This document shows, one piece after another, positions 41,237 to 51,542 of a stretch of DNA of 64,000 bases (positions are counted from its first letter, which is position 1; each line of letters opens with the position of its first letter). The notes beneath the pieces were generated by a model that worked only from the letters and a program-made list of their open reading frames with translations, was not told the DNA's origin and did no database searches. The position numbers and the translations under genes are program-made. This DNA is from an uncultured Muribaculaceae bacterium (GTDB lineage: Bacteria; Bacillota_I; Bacilli_A; RF39; UBA660), in assembly GCA_964370475.1 (NCBI GenBank), contig CAYJJI010000003.1, positions 14,389-78,388 of the forward strand. The letters are read 5' to 3'.

Positions 41237-41776
41237 TTAATAATTTTCATTTAAAACTTCGAAATATTTTTGTTCATGTACACAAACTGGACATACTTTT
41301 GGTGCAGTATTTCCTATATGAATGTGCCCACAGTTACGACAAATCCACATTACTTCTTCACCTTTTTGGAATACTAGATCATCGTTAATATTTCCTAATA
41401 ATTTTATATATCTTTCTTCATGATGTTTTTCGATTTTTCCAACACCTTCGAATAGTTTTGCAATACGGTCAAAACCTTCTTCTTTTGCAACTTTTGCAAA
41501 TTCTGCATACATATCAGTCCATTCGTAATTTTCTCCTGCTGCTGCATCTTTTAAATTTTCTTGTGTTGTTGGTATTTTTCCACCATGTAGTTCTTTGAAC
41601 CATAATTTTGCATGTTCTTTTTCATTTCTTGCAGTTTCTTCAAAAATAGCTCCAATTTGTTCATATCCATCTTTCTTTGCTTGTGATGCATAATAATCAT
41701 ATTTATTTCTAGCTTGTGATTCTCCAGCAAATGCAGCCATTAAGTTTTGTTCTGTTTTACTTCCTTTAAGTTCCAT
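41237..41776 (-). CDS. rbr: Rubrerythrin (ferritin-like diiron domain + C-terminal rubredoxin-like CxxC…CxxC)
   Basis: [20 protein letters not shown]…EKEHAKLW… and CRNCGHIH…CPVC. Start set at MELKG, 1 nt after the perR stop. Confidence 0.85.
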   Translation of the reverse strand: MELKGSKTEQNLMAAFAGESQARNKYDYYASQAKKDGYEQIGAIFEETARNEKEHAKLWFKELHGGKIPTTQENLKDAAAGENYEWTDMYAEFAKVAKEEGFDRIAKLFEGVGKIEKHHEERYIKLLGNINDDLVFQKGEEVMWICRNCGHIHIGNTAPKVCPVCVHEQKYFEVLNENY

Positions 41777-41777
41777 A

Positions 41778-42164
41778 TTATTTTCCTCTTTCTTTTGATT
41801 GGCATTCATGACATATTCCATTTATTAATATGTTGTAATTTGTAATTTTGAATCCTTCTTTATTTAGTTTATCTTTTAAAATAGATATTTCTTTTTCTGA
41901 TAAGTCGCTGATTTTTTGACATTGACTACATAATATATGGCCATGGTCATGAAGAGTTAAATCATAGCGGTCTACTTTATCTAAGCCTTTTACTATTCTA
42001 ATTGATTCACTTTCAACAAGAGCACTTAAATTTCTATATACGGTCCCTAAACTGATATTTTTAATAGTTTTTCTTACTCTATTATAAATAGTTTCAGCTG
42101 AAGGATGGTCATAGCTATTTTGTACTACTTTAAGAATTTCCTCTCTTTGTTTTGAATATCTCAT
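41778..42164 (-). CDS. perR: Fur-family peroxide-responsive repressor (PerR-like)
   Basis: [11 protein letters not shown]…[10 protein letters not shown]…[11 protein letters not shown]…CHEC. Start at [11 protein letters not shown] with AGGTGA RBS. Directly upstream of rubrerythrin. Confidence 0.75.
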   Translation of the reverse strand: MRYSKQREEILKVVQNSYDHPSAETIYNRVRKTIKNISLGTVYRNLSALVESESIRIVKGLDKVDRYDLTLHDHGHILCSQCQKISDLSEKEISILKDKLNKEGFKITNYNILINGICHECQSKERGK

Positions 42165-42305
42165 TTTCACCTCTAAATAGTAATCATTACTACTTATTAA
42201 CATTTTAATACTATTTTATTATTTTGTCAACAATTATTTATAAATATTACTTTTAAAATGCAGTAAAATATAGTAAAATAGATATAAGAATAGAGAGGTT
42301 TTATT

Positions 42306-44639
42306 ATGGCTATTTCAAAAGAAGAATTAAAGGTATTAGATGGTTATTTTAGAGCAGTTAATTATTTGACTGCTGGTCAATTATATTTGTTAGATAATCC
42401 ACTGTTGGAAAGACCTTTAGATATAAAAGATGTTAAAAAGAAAGTTGTTGGACATTGGGGTACTTGTCCAGGACAGAATTTTATTTATACTCATTGTAAT
42501 AGAGTTATTACTAGATATAATTTAGATATGATTTATTTAAGTGGCCCGGGTCATGGAGGTAATTCTATCGTAAGTAATGTTTACTTAGAAGGTACTTATA
42601 GTGAGGTATACCCTACTATTAGTGAAGATGTTAATGGACTAAAAAAATTGTTTAAACAGTTTTCTTTTCCAGGAGGAATTAATTCTCATGTAGCACCTGA
42701 TGTACCTGGTAGTATTCATGAGGGTGGTGAACTTGGTTATTCACTTGCTCATGCTTGTGGAGCTATATTTGATAATCCTGATTTAATTGCTACTTGTGTT
42801 GTTGGTGATGGTGAGGCGGAGACTGGTCCTTTAGCAACTTCATGGATGATAAATAAGTTTATTAATCCTATTACTGATGGAGCTGTGTTACCTATTTTAC
42901 ATTTAAATGGATATAAGATTAGTAACCCTACTGTTTTGTCAAGGATACCTAATGATGAGTTAAAAGCTTATTTCTTTGGATCTGGATGGCAACCATATAT
43001 TGTAAGTGGCGATAATCAAATGGAAATGCATGAAGCTATGGCTAGAACTATGGATCAGGCTATAGAAGAAATTAAGTATATTCAAGAACAAGTTAGAACT
43101 GGTCGTAGATGTGATCAAAAATGGCCGATGATTATTTTAAGAACTCCTAAAGGATGGACTGGTCCTAAAGAAGTTGATGGGAATGTAATAGAAGATTCTT
43201 TTAGAGCTCATCAAGTTCCAATTGATATGAGTCGTGAGCATCATTTAGAATTACTTGAAAGTTGGTTAAGAAGTTATAGACCTCAAGAATTATTCAATAG
43301 AAATGGTTCTTTAAAGGATGAGTATCGTTTATTTATTCCTAGGGGTCAAAAAAGAATGGGAAGCAGTCCTCATGCTAATGGTGGGATTTTAAGAAAAGAC
43401 TTAATTTTACCTGATTTAAATAATTATGGAATTAAAGTAGTACCTGGTGAAACTACTGCTGAAGATACTAAAATACTAGGTACTTATTTAAGAGATATTA
43501 TAAAGATGAATCCAGATAATTATAGATTATTTGGTCCTGATGAAACTAAGAGTAATAGATTAGATAAAGTCTTTGAAACTACTAACAGAGTGTTTAATTT
43601 AAGTATTAAGCCTCAAGATGAATTTGTTGCTGCTGGTGGTAGAGTTGTTGATTCTATGCTTAGTGAACATTTATGTGAAGGATGGCTTGAGGGATATGTA
43701 TTAACTGGTAGACATGGTTTATTTTCTAGTTATGAAGCTTTTGCTAGAGTTGTTGATTCGATGTTGACTCAGCATACTAAATGGTTAAAAATGACTAGTG
43801 AACTACCATGGAGAAAATCTATTTCTTCTATTAATGTATTGTTAACTAGTCATATATGGCAACAAGATCATAATGGTTATACTCATCAAGATCCTGGAAT
43901 ACTAGGACATCTTGCTGATAAAAAGGGAGCATTTGTAAATGCTTACTTGCCTGCTGATTCTAATACTTTATTATCTGTTATGGAACATTGCTATAAGAGT
44001 AAAGATTGTATAAATGCTATTGTTGCTTCTAAGAAGAATAGGCCTCAGTGGTTAAATATTCATGAAGCTTCTGTACATGTTAAAAGGGGAATTAGTATTT
44101 GGGATTTTGCATCTAATGATCAGTATGGAGAACCTGATGTTATCTTGGCATGTTGTGGGGATGCACCTACTTTAGAAATGATGGCTGTTGAAGATATATT
44201 AAGACGTAATACTGATATAAAAATTAGATTTATAAATGTAGTTAATTTGTTTAAATTATTTAATAGAGATAAGCATCCTAGTGGATTAACGGATCATGAA
44301 TTTAATTCTTTATTTACTAAAGATAAACCTGTTGTATTTGCATTCCATGGTTATGAAGGTCTTCTTAGAAATTTATTATATGATAGAGATAATAAAAACT
44401 TTAGTTTCCATGCTTATCGCGAAGAAGGAAGAATCACTACTCCGTTTGATATGAAAGTATTAAATAAAGTGGATAGATTTAATTTAGTTAAAACTGTTAT
44501 TAAAATGGTTCCTAGACTTAAAAATAACTCTGAGTTAATTAGTTATATGGATAGTATGTTAAATAAGCATAATGAGTTTATTAAGGACTTTGGTGAAGAT
44601 ATTCCAGAAGTAGAAAAATTCAAATGGACAAAAAAATAA
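42306..44639 (+). CDS. xfp: Xylulose-5-phosphate/fructose-6-phosphate phosphoketolase
   Basis: 777 aa. N-terminal GHWGTCPG, …EGGELGY… and the TPP-binding region align to phosphoketolases throughout. Confidence 0.9.
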   Translation: MAISKEELKVLDGYFRAVNYLTAGQLYLLDNPLLERPLDIKDVKKKVVGHWGTCPGQNFIYTHCNRVITRYNLDMIYLSGPGHGGNSIVSNVYLEGTYSEVYPTISEDVNGLKKLFKQFSFPGGINSHVAPDVPGSIHEGGELGYSLAHACGAIFDNPDLIATCVVGDGEAETGPLATSWMINKFINPITDGAVLPILHLNGYKISNPTVLSRIPNDELKAYFFGSGWQPYIVSGDNQMEMHEAMARTMDQAIEEIKYIQEQVRTGRRCDQKWPMIILRTPKGWTGPKEVDGNVIEDSFRAHQVPIDMSREHHLELLESWLRSYRPQELFNRNGSLKDEYRLFIPRGQKRMGSSPHANGGILRKDLILPDLNNYGIKVVPGETTAEDTKILGTYLRDIIKMNPDNYRLFGPDETKSNRLDKVFETTNRVFNLSIKPQDEFVAAGGRVVDSMLSEHLCEGWLEGYVLTGRHGLFSSYEAFARVVDSMLTQHTKWLKMTSELPWRKSISSINVLLTSHIWQQDHNGYTHQDPGILGHLADKKGAFVNAYLPADSNTLLSVMEHCYKSKDCINAIVASKKNRPQWLNIHEASVHVKRGISIWDFASNDQYGEPDVILACCGDAPTLEMMAVEDILRRNTDIKIRFINVVNLFKLFNRDKHPSGLTDHEFNSLFTKDKPVVFAFHGYEGLLRNLLYDRDNKNFSFHAYREEGRITTPFDMKVLNKVDRFNLVKTVIKMVPRLKNNSELISYMDSMLNKHNEFIKDFGEDIPEVEKFKWTKK

Positions 44640-44665
44640 GATTAGCAAATGCTAATCTTTTTTAT
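44639..44665. terminator. Bidirectional rho-independent terminator between xfp and the convergent 554-aa gene
   Basis: agattagc-aaat-gctaatct perfect 8-bp stem. A-run on one side and T-run on the other. Confidence 0.6.
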
Positions 44666-46292
44666 TGTTTATCATTATCTTGTTTGCTTCTACTATAAAC
44701 CAAATTTGTTGAATTGTTAAATTACATGCTTCGATGTGAGTAGATCTAATGAATATATCTATATAACTTAATAAAGTATCAATATTATTTGGATTTATAA
44801 GTTCTTCTGTTAGGTTATAGTTATTGATACGATATTTATCTACTATAACTTTTGCAACATTATATTCTTGATATACTGGAACTGAAGATATAACTAAGTT
44901 ATTAGGATTATTACAGTAAATATCAAATTTTTCTATATGTTCCATAAGTTCATCATATGTTGTAACATTATATGTATCTTTCATTTCTTTTTTCTTAAAG
45001 TATTCAAAATCTCTGAATGCTGTTAAAAAGTCATCAAGTGTAACATATTCGTTAACTATTCCTTTTACTATATTATAAAATTTGTATGAATCTAAACCTT
45101 GATATATTGCCAGTAGTTTATCTGCATACGTTGTTACGTCAACAACTAGTTGTTTTTTAGGCTTTTTCAATAATTCTTTATTTTTAAATGATAACATTAA
45201 TTTTTCAGTGAACGATAAATCATCAAAGATTATTTTATTTATCATTTTCATTCCAGTTTCAAGTTTTTCTTTTCCTTCTTCTATTTCTTTAATAGGTCTA
45301 GGTAGTTTAAAGTTATCAAATAAATTTTTATTGTATTCTACATATGGAATAAAGTGAACGTATTGTGAATATTCAATTAAAACGTTTCTTAGTTTTTTTA
45401 AGTTTTCATGATTACTTGTTGAGTTTTCATCGTAATTTCTTTCTTTGTCTTGAATAACCATAACATTTTCAGCTGCTAATCTTGTTTTACTATCTTCAAA
45501 GAATTCATTAATATCTATTTCGCCTTTTATTGCCATATCTATTATATCTTGTAGTGATTCTTTTCTTGCATATGTATATTCATAATGAACTCTTTTTAAT
45601 TCTTTCATACATTCTTCATAACTATGTATTCCATATTTTCTTTTGTTTTCTATTTGAATATTAGTTACTTCTTTTGTAAATTCTTCAGAATATTTACTAC
45701 ATAAAATTCTGAAGTTTAGCTCTATATGTTTTATAATATTTGGACATACCCAATATATTTTTTCAAACGACTTTTCTAACAAGAAGAAATTCGGTCTTTC
45801 TCTATTTGCTTCTCTATAAAATTCTTTCATATATTCATATACATAAGGTGTTAGTTTGAAGTATTTTTCTGATAAACTAATATTAATTAATTTAAATTTG
45901 CTTGATAGTTCGTTAATAATCTTATTAACTTCAACGAAATCAAAGTTATTATAAAATCCTAATTTAAATAGTAAGTTGTCAAACCCTAGTTTTTCAAAGT
46001 AAGTTGTTTGTGGGCTTAAACTTTTTGCTAATAATTTATAGTCATGAATTTTTGCTTTCATGTCAGCTAAATTTTCTTTTGTTTCTATTTCTATGTCTTT
46101 AAGTTCAATAGATTTACTTTTTAAATCTATGTATTTTGTTACATTTTCTTTATAAGAATTGTATTTCCTTTTATATTCTTCTATTTTTGTTTTAAGTGCT
46201 TTTCTTTGTGTTTTTGTTTTGGTAGAAGATGATTTAATTATTTCTTTTTTTATTTCTGTATCTTTATCGATATAAGTTAAAAAGTTATTCAT
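44652..46292 (-). CDS. Hypothetical cytoplasmic protein (K/E-rich, coiled-coil-prone)
   Basis: The 554-aa ORF's likely start is at MNNFLTY (46292), which gives an 8-nt RBS spacing from GAAGAAGG. The ORF-track start at 46316 would overlap the upstream gene by 32 nt. Confidence 0.4.
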   Translation of the reverse strand: MNNFLTYIDKDTEIKKEIIKSSSTKTKTQRKALKTKIEEYKRKYNSYKENVTKYIDLKSKSIELKDIEIETKENLADMKAKIHDYKLLAKSLSPQTTYFEKLGFDNLLFKLGFYNNFDFVEVNKIINELSSKFKLINISLSEKYFKLTPYVYEYMKEFYREANRERPNFFLLEKSFEKIYWVCPNIIKHIELNFRILCSKYSEEFTKEVTNIQIENKRKYGIHSYEECMKELKRVHYEYTYARKESLQDIIDMAIKGEIDINEFFEDSKTRLAAENVMVIQDKERNYDENSTSNHENLKKLRNVLIEYSQYVHFIPYVEYNKNLFDNFKLPRPIKEIEEGKEKLETGMKMINKIIFDDLSFTEKLMLSFKNKELLKKPKKQLVVDVTTYADKLLAIYQGLDSYKFYNIVKGIVNEYVTLDDFLTAFRDFEYFKKKEMKDTYNVTTYDELMEHIEKFDIYCNNPNNLVISSVPVYQEYNVAKVIVDKYRINNYNLTEELINPNNIDTLLSYIDIFIRSTHIEACNLTIQQIWFIVEANKIMINNKKD

Positions 46293-46620
46293 TTGCATTA
46301 CCTTCTTCCATATCAATTATTTTTTGTTCTTCGTTATCAAGCATATCTATAAATTCTTCTATTTTATAATATAAATCAATTAGTTCTTTATAGTTTAATA
46401 ATGATAAGTCGAAATCTGTTTTAGTTGGTTTAATTTCTTTTGGTGTGTTATTTATCGTTTTTTTTACCACCTTTTTTACTGGTGATTTTTTAGCTACTAC
46501 TTTTTTAGGTACTGCTTTTGCTATTGTTTTTTTAGCAGCTGGCTTCTTAGTAACTGGCTTTTTTTGTGTAGCTTTTTTTACTACTGGTTTTTTAGTTGTT
46601 TTTTTATCTTCTTTTTTCAT
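46285..46620 (-). CDS. Small histone-H1-like lysine-rich protein with acidic C-terminal helix
   Basis: KKPVVKKATQKKPVTKKPAAKKTIAKAVPKK… repeats. 111 aa. Confidence 0.45.
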   Translation of the reverse strand: MKKEDKKTTKKPVVKKATQKKPVTKKPAAKKTIAKAVPKKVVAKKSPVKKVVKKTINNTPKEIKPTKTDFDLSLLNYKELIDLYYKIEEFIDMLDNEEQKIIDMEEGNANE

Positions 46621-46634
46621 TATTAACTCCCTCT

Positions 46635-47762
46635 TTAATATCCGTATCCTGCTAAATCTTTATGCAGTATTATTTCTATTTCTAATATATCTCCTCCAGA
46701 TTTTGTTTCAAGAGCATCAATATCTTGTCCTTCTAACCATACATATATTCTTGCTTTAGTTACTCCGTGTGGTAGTTCGAATAATCTTGTATTTAAATCT
46801 CTAAATGTATTTTGAAATATGAAGTGTTCATTATCAAAAGGTTGTCTTCCTTGACCACTATAATGACTTAGTTTATCTCCTGCCGCTATTACAGCATATG
46901 TAGGATGAAATACTCCATCTTCCAAAGTTACTCCATAATCTTCTGCTCTTTCTATTGAAAGATCATTGTGAGCTGTACTAAATGGCTCATAAATAAATGA
47001 CTCGCAGTTATTATTACATTCTAAATTTTGAACTGTTTCTCCACTAGCATTTTTATCTGGTGTGAATCCGCTTTTTGATATTCCTAATCTTACTGTGTTT
47101 AATAAACTTACCATTCTGTCTGATGTTCCATCTTGTAATTTTATACTTGTACCTTCCCATAAATATAAATTATCACTTACATCTGAATTACTTATATTTT
47201 TGATAAATACATCGAATGCAACAAAATTTGCTCCGCTTTGATCTTCTGTATATTGTCTAAAATCTAGATATAGTTGTCTTTCTTCTTTTGAATATCTTTC
47301 TCTATATAGTTCGAACATTGAAAATTCAAATGTATTTGAATCAGGTATTCCGTTTGATGATATTGGAATTAAACCTCTTGAATCTACCCATTTGTTATTA
47401 TGTCCTGGATATGTATCTTCAAGATTTGTTGTTACTTCTTCTTTATTTACTGTAATCGTCTCGTCATAATTTACACCATCTAGTGATATATAAATTCCTG
47501 TTTCACGATTTACAGATACTGTTACAAAATCTACGCTGGCGTCTAAGGTTGATGAAAACCATGCATAAGTAGATACAATTAAGACAATTCCAACAATAAA
47601 GGTAAAAAATAGCATCATGTTGTAATTTTTATTTTTCTTTTCTTTTATTATTTTATTACTAACTTTTGAAGGTTCCTTTTTATTCACATTCTTTTTAACT
47701 TTAGTTTTGGAAATTCCTACTTTTTTAGTAACTACTTTTTTTGTTTTCGTACTTTTTTTCAT
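46635..47762 (-). CDS. TasA/camelysin-superfamily secreted fibre-type protein (SipW-type signal peptide)
   Basis: 375 aa. Basic N-region, long h-region, then STYAWFSS (compare TasA GGTWAAFND and CalY GGTFAFFSD). C-terminal block ARIYVWLEGQDIDALE. Confidence 0.5.
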   Translation of the reverse strand: MKKSTKTKKVVTKKVGISKTKVKKNVNKKEPSKVSNKIIKEKKNKNYNMMLFFTFIVGIVLIVSTYAWFSSTLDASVDFVTVSVNRETGIYISLDGVNYDETITVNKEEVTTNLEDTYPGHNNKWVDSRGLIPISSNGIPDSNTFEFSMFELYRERYSKEERQLYLDFRQYTEDQSGANFVAFDVFIKNISNSDVSDNLYLWEGTSIKLQDGTSDRMVSLLNTVRLGISKSGFTPDKNASGETVQNLECNNNCESFIYEPFSTAHNDLSIERAEDYGVTLEDGVFHPTYAVIAAGDKLSHYSGQGRQPFDNEHFIFQNTFRDLNTRLFELPHGVTKARIYVWLEGQDIDALETKSGGDILEIEIILHKDLAGYGY

Positions 47763-47886
47763 AAATCACCTATTCGTTTTAATTAAGATTAAAGAGTAAC
47801 CTAGTGGTTACTCTTTTTTCCTAATCTAATTATTAGTTAAATATAACCTTTTTACTAATATAATTAGTTATTAACATTTATACAAA

Positions 47887-49131
47887 TTAGATAGTTGGAT
47901 ATCCATTATCAAGTGAACTTCCACCAAAATCTGTAGATGTTTCGTATTGTTGTTTTGTAAATCCAAAGTTTAGTTTAACTTCAGCATCTTCAACTTCAGC
48001 TAGGTCATGATTATCATAATCCATACCTTCTAAATAGATATAAACTCTGATTTTAGTGATACTATTTGGAGCTAAGAACATAAATGGATTTCTTGCATCT
48101 CCTTCAGTATCTTTATCTGAATCAGTGAATGTATCAAGTTGACTTACATATGTAGCATTTGGTGTTGCACCATTTACTCCATCATAGATATCAACGCTTG
48201 CAGTTTCTGGAATTGCTGTATGAATTACATTAGTATTGTATGCAGTTCCGTTTTCGAATGCAGTACAAGCTCCAGTTAAATCGTAACTTGTTGCATTTAA
48301 TAAATCTGCTGTATCTCCACCAACTCTGGCATTACAGTTGTCTGTATACCATTCTAGTGAATTTGCATTATGAACTGTATCATTTGGTTCCCAAATAGTA
48401 TTTCTATTTGCTAAACAAATTGGTGTAATACCATCAGCTGCTGTACTAGTACATGTCATACCAGTAATTGTTGATCCGTCTGTTGTTGTTCCTGCTACAC
48501 GTCCGATTTGCATGAATGCTACTCTTATAGAGTTTTCAATTCCTGAAGCCATATGTGTTGCATCAACTGTACCACCAGCTGCATCAACTACTGCTGCTGA
48601 GTTATAAGTTAAGAAGATTTCTTCTTCTTCTGTTGGATTATATCCTTGTAAATATTGAGTTCCTGATGAATTCTTTACGAATAAATCAAATACTACATAA
48701 TCTCCAGCTTCATTTGTTGAATTATCAATTTGTTCTGATAATACTTTAAATCCACCAGGAGTTCTTGTGAAACTTGAATTTTCAAAAATTTCAATTCTTG
48801 AAGAATCAGTATCGATTCCAGCTGCAGTAGATACTGGTTCTAAACCAGCTCCCCAGCTGTTTGTATGTCCATTATATACTGAACTTGCGTTTCCTGCTTC
48901 AAAAGCTGTCCATGCACCATTTGTAATGCTAATTGTGTCGCTCCATTCAGTTCCATTTAACGATAGTTCTAAGTGCTCAATTGCTGCAACTTCGATGTTA
49001 AAGCTGTTAACTCCAACTTCTTGTCTACCTATGAACCATGCGAAAGTTGAAACTAGAAGTACTACTGCGCTTAAACCAGCAAATACAATGATATTTTGGA
49101 CTTTTTTTACTTTTTTATTATTTTTTTTCAT
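47887..49131 (-). CDS. TasA/camelysin-superfamily secreted protein, paralog
   Basis: 414 aa. Signal ends VSTFAWFIGRQEVGVNSFNIEV (compare TasA AAFNDIKSKDATFASGTLDL). C-terminus IRVYIYLEGMDYDNHD…VKLNFGFTKQQ (compare TasA LQFSFEATQ). T/G/A/S-rich and K-poor, unlike neighbouring genes. Confidence 0.55.
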   Translation of the reverse strand: MKKNNKKVKKVQNIIVFAGLSAVVLLVSTFAWFIGRQEVGVNSFNIEVAAIEHLELSLNGTEWSDTISITNGAWTAFEAGNASSVYNGHTNSWGAGLEPVSTAAGIDTDSSRIEIFENSSFTRTPGGFKVLSEQIDNSTNEAGDYVVFDLFVKNSSGTQYLQGYNPTEEEEIFLTYNSAAVVDAAGGTVDATHMASGIENSIRVAFMQIGRVAGTTTDGSTITGMTCTSTAADGITPICLANRNTIWEPNDTVHNANSLEWYTDNCNARVGGDTADLLNATSYDLTGACTAFENGTAYNTNVIHTAIPETASVDIYDGVNGATPNATYVSQLDTFTDSDKDTEGDARNPFMFLAPNSITKIRVYIYLEGMDYDNHDLAEVEDAEVKLNFGFTKQQYETSTDFGGSSLDNGYPTI

Positions 49132-49156
49132 ATTATTTCTCCTACTCTATCCTATA

Positions 49157-50551
49157 TTAACTGTTAAACTCAATGTCATCTGATAATTGTTGTTTTGTAA
49201 ATCCAAAATTAACATTAACAGATTCACCTAGTGAAGCCCAGTCATAATTATCAATATCTTGACCTTCTAACCATACATACACTCTAACTTTTGTAATACT
49301 GTTAGGTGCTAAGTACATGAATGCAGGTCTGTCATTTTGTTGTGCTGCAGTAATTGTTGTACCATCTACATCATATGTAATACCTGTATTCTTTTCTGTA
49401 TCAGTAAAATAGTATCCCATTTGTTCTGCTGCATCAGCTGCATCAGCTGCAACATATGTATCGTAACTTCCAATTAATGAAGTAGTTGACATATTATTAA
49501 TTAATGGTAACCCTCCAGTTGTATCTGATGAAGTCATATTACCATTGAATACACCATCATAGATATCAACAGCATCAGTTGAAACGATTTTTTGTGCTAC
49601 TGCGTAAGTTGGTACTGCTGTACCATTAACTAATGGTGTTGCTACTGAACATTTTACTGCTGGATCAGCAGCTGTAGTACAGTTTTCACCATAGAAATCT
49701 ATAGCATTAGCTGAATGTTTTGTATCATTTGGTTCCCAAATTGCTGCAGGACGACAAATTGCATCAGTTGCTGAACATGTTAGTCCTTGTATTTCTGCTG
49801 CTGATACATTTCCTGTTTCAGGAATTTCCATACGAGCGATTTGAGCAAACCCTACTCTAACTGAGTTTTCTAGTCCGTAATCTGCAACTCCTGCAGTTAC
49901 AGCTGAATCTATAGTTAAATAAATTGCTTCTTCATTTTGAATATTTACATTATCATAGTAAGCTTCATCAGTTGTATTTTTTACTAGTAAATCAAATGCG
50001 ATATATCCTTTATGTTCTTCAGCTCCAGTATTAGGTACTGGATCTGACATTAGTCTATAACCCCACTCTTTACTTGTTAAATCTCCGTTTGTATCTAAGT
50101 CAGTAGATGTTAAACTTGTTTTATCGTATAGAATAAGTCTTGATGATGCTGGATTAACTTGACCAGATGATGACATTGGGATTAGTCCCCAGTGACTTGC
50201 TGGTGTTAATATAGTAGTTCCATCTGTGTCTATAACAGCAGGTGTTGCTATTCCAGTCCATGAATTCGTATTGTTTTCATAAGCACCTGTATCATAATTA
50301 CTTTCATCAATTGTTAGATTTCCTGCTGTTGCACTTCCTACTGCATCAGCTCCACCGAACCATTCAGTTCCGTTGATTGAGAATTCTAACCCTTGTGTAG
50401 GTGCTATAGTTACGTTGAAATCAGTAAATTGTACTTCATCAAGTGCTATGAACCATGCGAATGTTGAAACTACTAAAACTACAGCAGTTAATGTTGTAAT
50501 TAACGCTAAATTTTTAACATTTCTTTTTCGTTTTGCACTCTTTTTTTGCAT
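49157..50551 (-). CDS. TasA/camelysin-superfamily secreted protein, paralog (tandem duplicate of 47887-49131)
   Basis: 464 aa. VSTFAWFIALDEVQFTDFNVTI…VRVYVWLEGQDIDNYD…VNVNFGFTKQQ. The 5' DNA is visibly similar to the neighbouring paralog. Confidence 0.55.
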   Translation of the reverse strand: MQKKSAKRKRNVKNLALITTLTAVVLVVSTFAWFIALDEVQFTDFNVTIAPTQGLEFSINGTEWFGGADAVGSATAGNLTIDESNYDTGAYENNTNSWTGIATPAVIDTDGTTILTPASHWGLIPMSSSGQVNPASSRLILYDKTSLTSTDLDTNGDLTSKEWGYRLMSDPVPNTGAEEHKGYIAFDLLVKNTTDEAYYDNVNIQNEEAIYLTIDSAVTAGVADYGLENSVRVGFAQIARMEIPETGNVSAAEIQGLTCSATDAICRPAAIWEPNDTKHSANAIDFYGENCTTAADPAVKCSVATPLVNGTAVPTYAVAQKIVSTDAVDIYDGVFNGNMTSSDTTGGLPLINNMSTTSLIGSYDTYVAADAADAAEQMGYYFTDTEKNTGITYDVDGTTITAAQQNDRPAFMYLAPNSITKVRVYVWLEGQDIDNYDWASLGESVNVNFGFTKQQLSDDIEFNS

Positions 50552-50574
50552 AACTTTTTTTCTCCTTCTTTTTT

Positions 50575-51297
50575 CTAGTCTTTGACTATCTCTGATTTGA
50601 ATTCCATTTTCATTTTGATTTCTCCACCAATAATGTTATTAGTGCACTCTGGATCATTTCCTTCTAACCATACTACTAAAGTGTATTTAGTAATTGAACC
50701 TGGTTCGAAATTTTCTACATGATCCGTAATCACAGCTTCACCATCTTCAAAGGGTATTGTATTAGGCTCAGGATTGCCATTGCTAGCTTCCTTAGCATAA
50801 GTAGTAGCTTCACCGTTTTTGTAAATTCGAATTCTTACAGCTTCGTCAACATTTTTTATAACATCTTCGATTACAACTTGAGTGTAGTAGTCAGTCGTAA
50901 TTTCGCCAATATTTTCAATATAGAATGAATACGCTATATAGTTATCACCGTTGTGAGAACCATATTCATCACCCGGAAGTGTGTCTGGTAACCATCCTTC
51001 ACTAATATTGTCGAAATGTTGCACTGATTCTGCTAACAACTCAGATCTGTACGCCTTGTATAGAGGATCATCTGATATTATCAGTCCTCTGTCATAATGT
51101 AAGTTGTCATCTAGCGTTATAGTGAAATTTCCGCTATTATAAATAAATCCAATAACCATATACAAGAAAATACTAAGTAATATTATTAACATTAATAGTA
51201 ATAAAACTATTTTTGTTAATTTTTTATCATTTCTTACTTTCTTTGCATGTAGTACAAATTTATTATCCATAACCATCAACCCTTCATTTCCAATCAC
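50575..51297 (-). CDS. Membrane-anchored protein sharing the C-terminal WLEG block of the TasA-like paralogs (possible TapA-like accessory/anchor)
   Basis: 240 aa. TM IVLLLLMLIILLSIFLYMVIGFIY. C-terminus KYTLVVWLEGNDPECTNNIIGGEIKMKMEFK. Lacks the AWF signal end. Confidence 0.4.
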   Translation of the reverse strand: MIGNEGLMVMDNKFVLHAKKVRNDKKLTKIVLLLLMLIILLSIFLYMVIGFIYNSGNFTITLDDNLHYDRGLIISDDPLYKAYRSELLAESVQHFDNISEGWLPDTLPGDEYGSHNGDNYIAYSFYIENIGEITTDYYTQVVIEDVIKNVDEAVRIRIYKNGEATTYAKEASNGNPEPNTIPFEDGEAVITDHVENFEPGSITKYTLVVWLEGNDPECTNNIIGGEIKMKMEFKSEIVKD

Positions 51298-51490
51298 TTA
51301 TTAATAAGCCTACCTTGGTATATTGATAACTTATCTATAATACAAGATTATTATATAACATTTACAATTGGCAAGTCAATAATTTTTGTCGAATTTTGTT
51401 ACAATTTGTTTCTTTTATTTAGTTATTAATTTTTATTGACATTTTTATGTATAATTTTACGTTTTTTTTAAAATTATTTACATTTACCTA

Positions 51491-51518
51491 TTGTAAATAA
51501 TTGTGTATATAATATAAT
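51491..51518 (+). promoter_or_regulatory. Candidate promoter for the + strand camelysin-like gene (TTGTAA-16-TATAAT) in a 245-bp divergent intergenic region
   Basis: ttgtaa at 51491-96, tataat at 51513-18, GAAAGAAGGG RBS before the ATG at 51543. Confidence 0.3.
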
Positions 51519-51542
51519 TAGTATAGAAAGAAGGGATAATGT

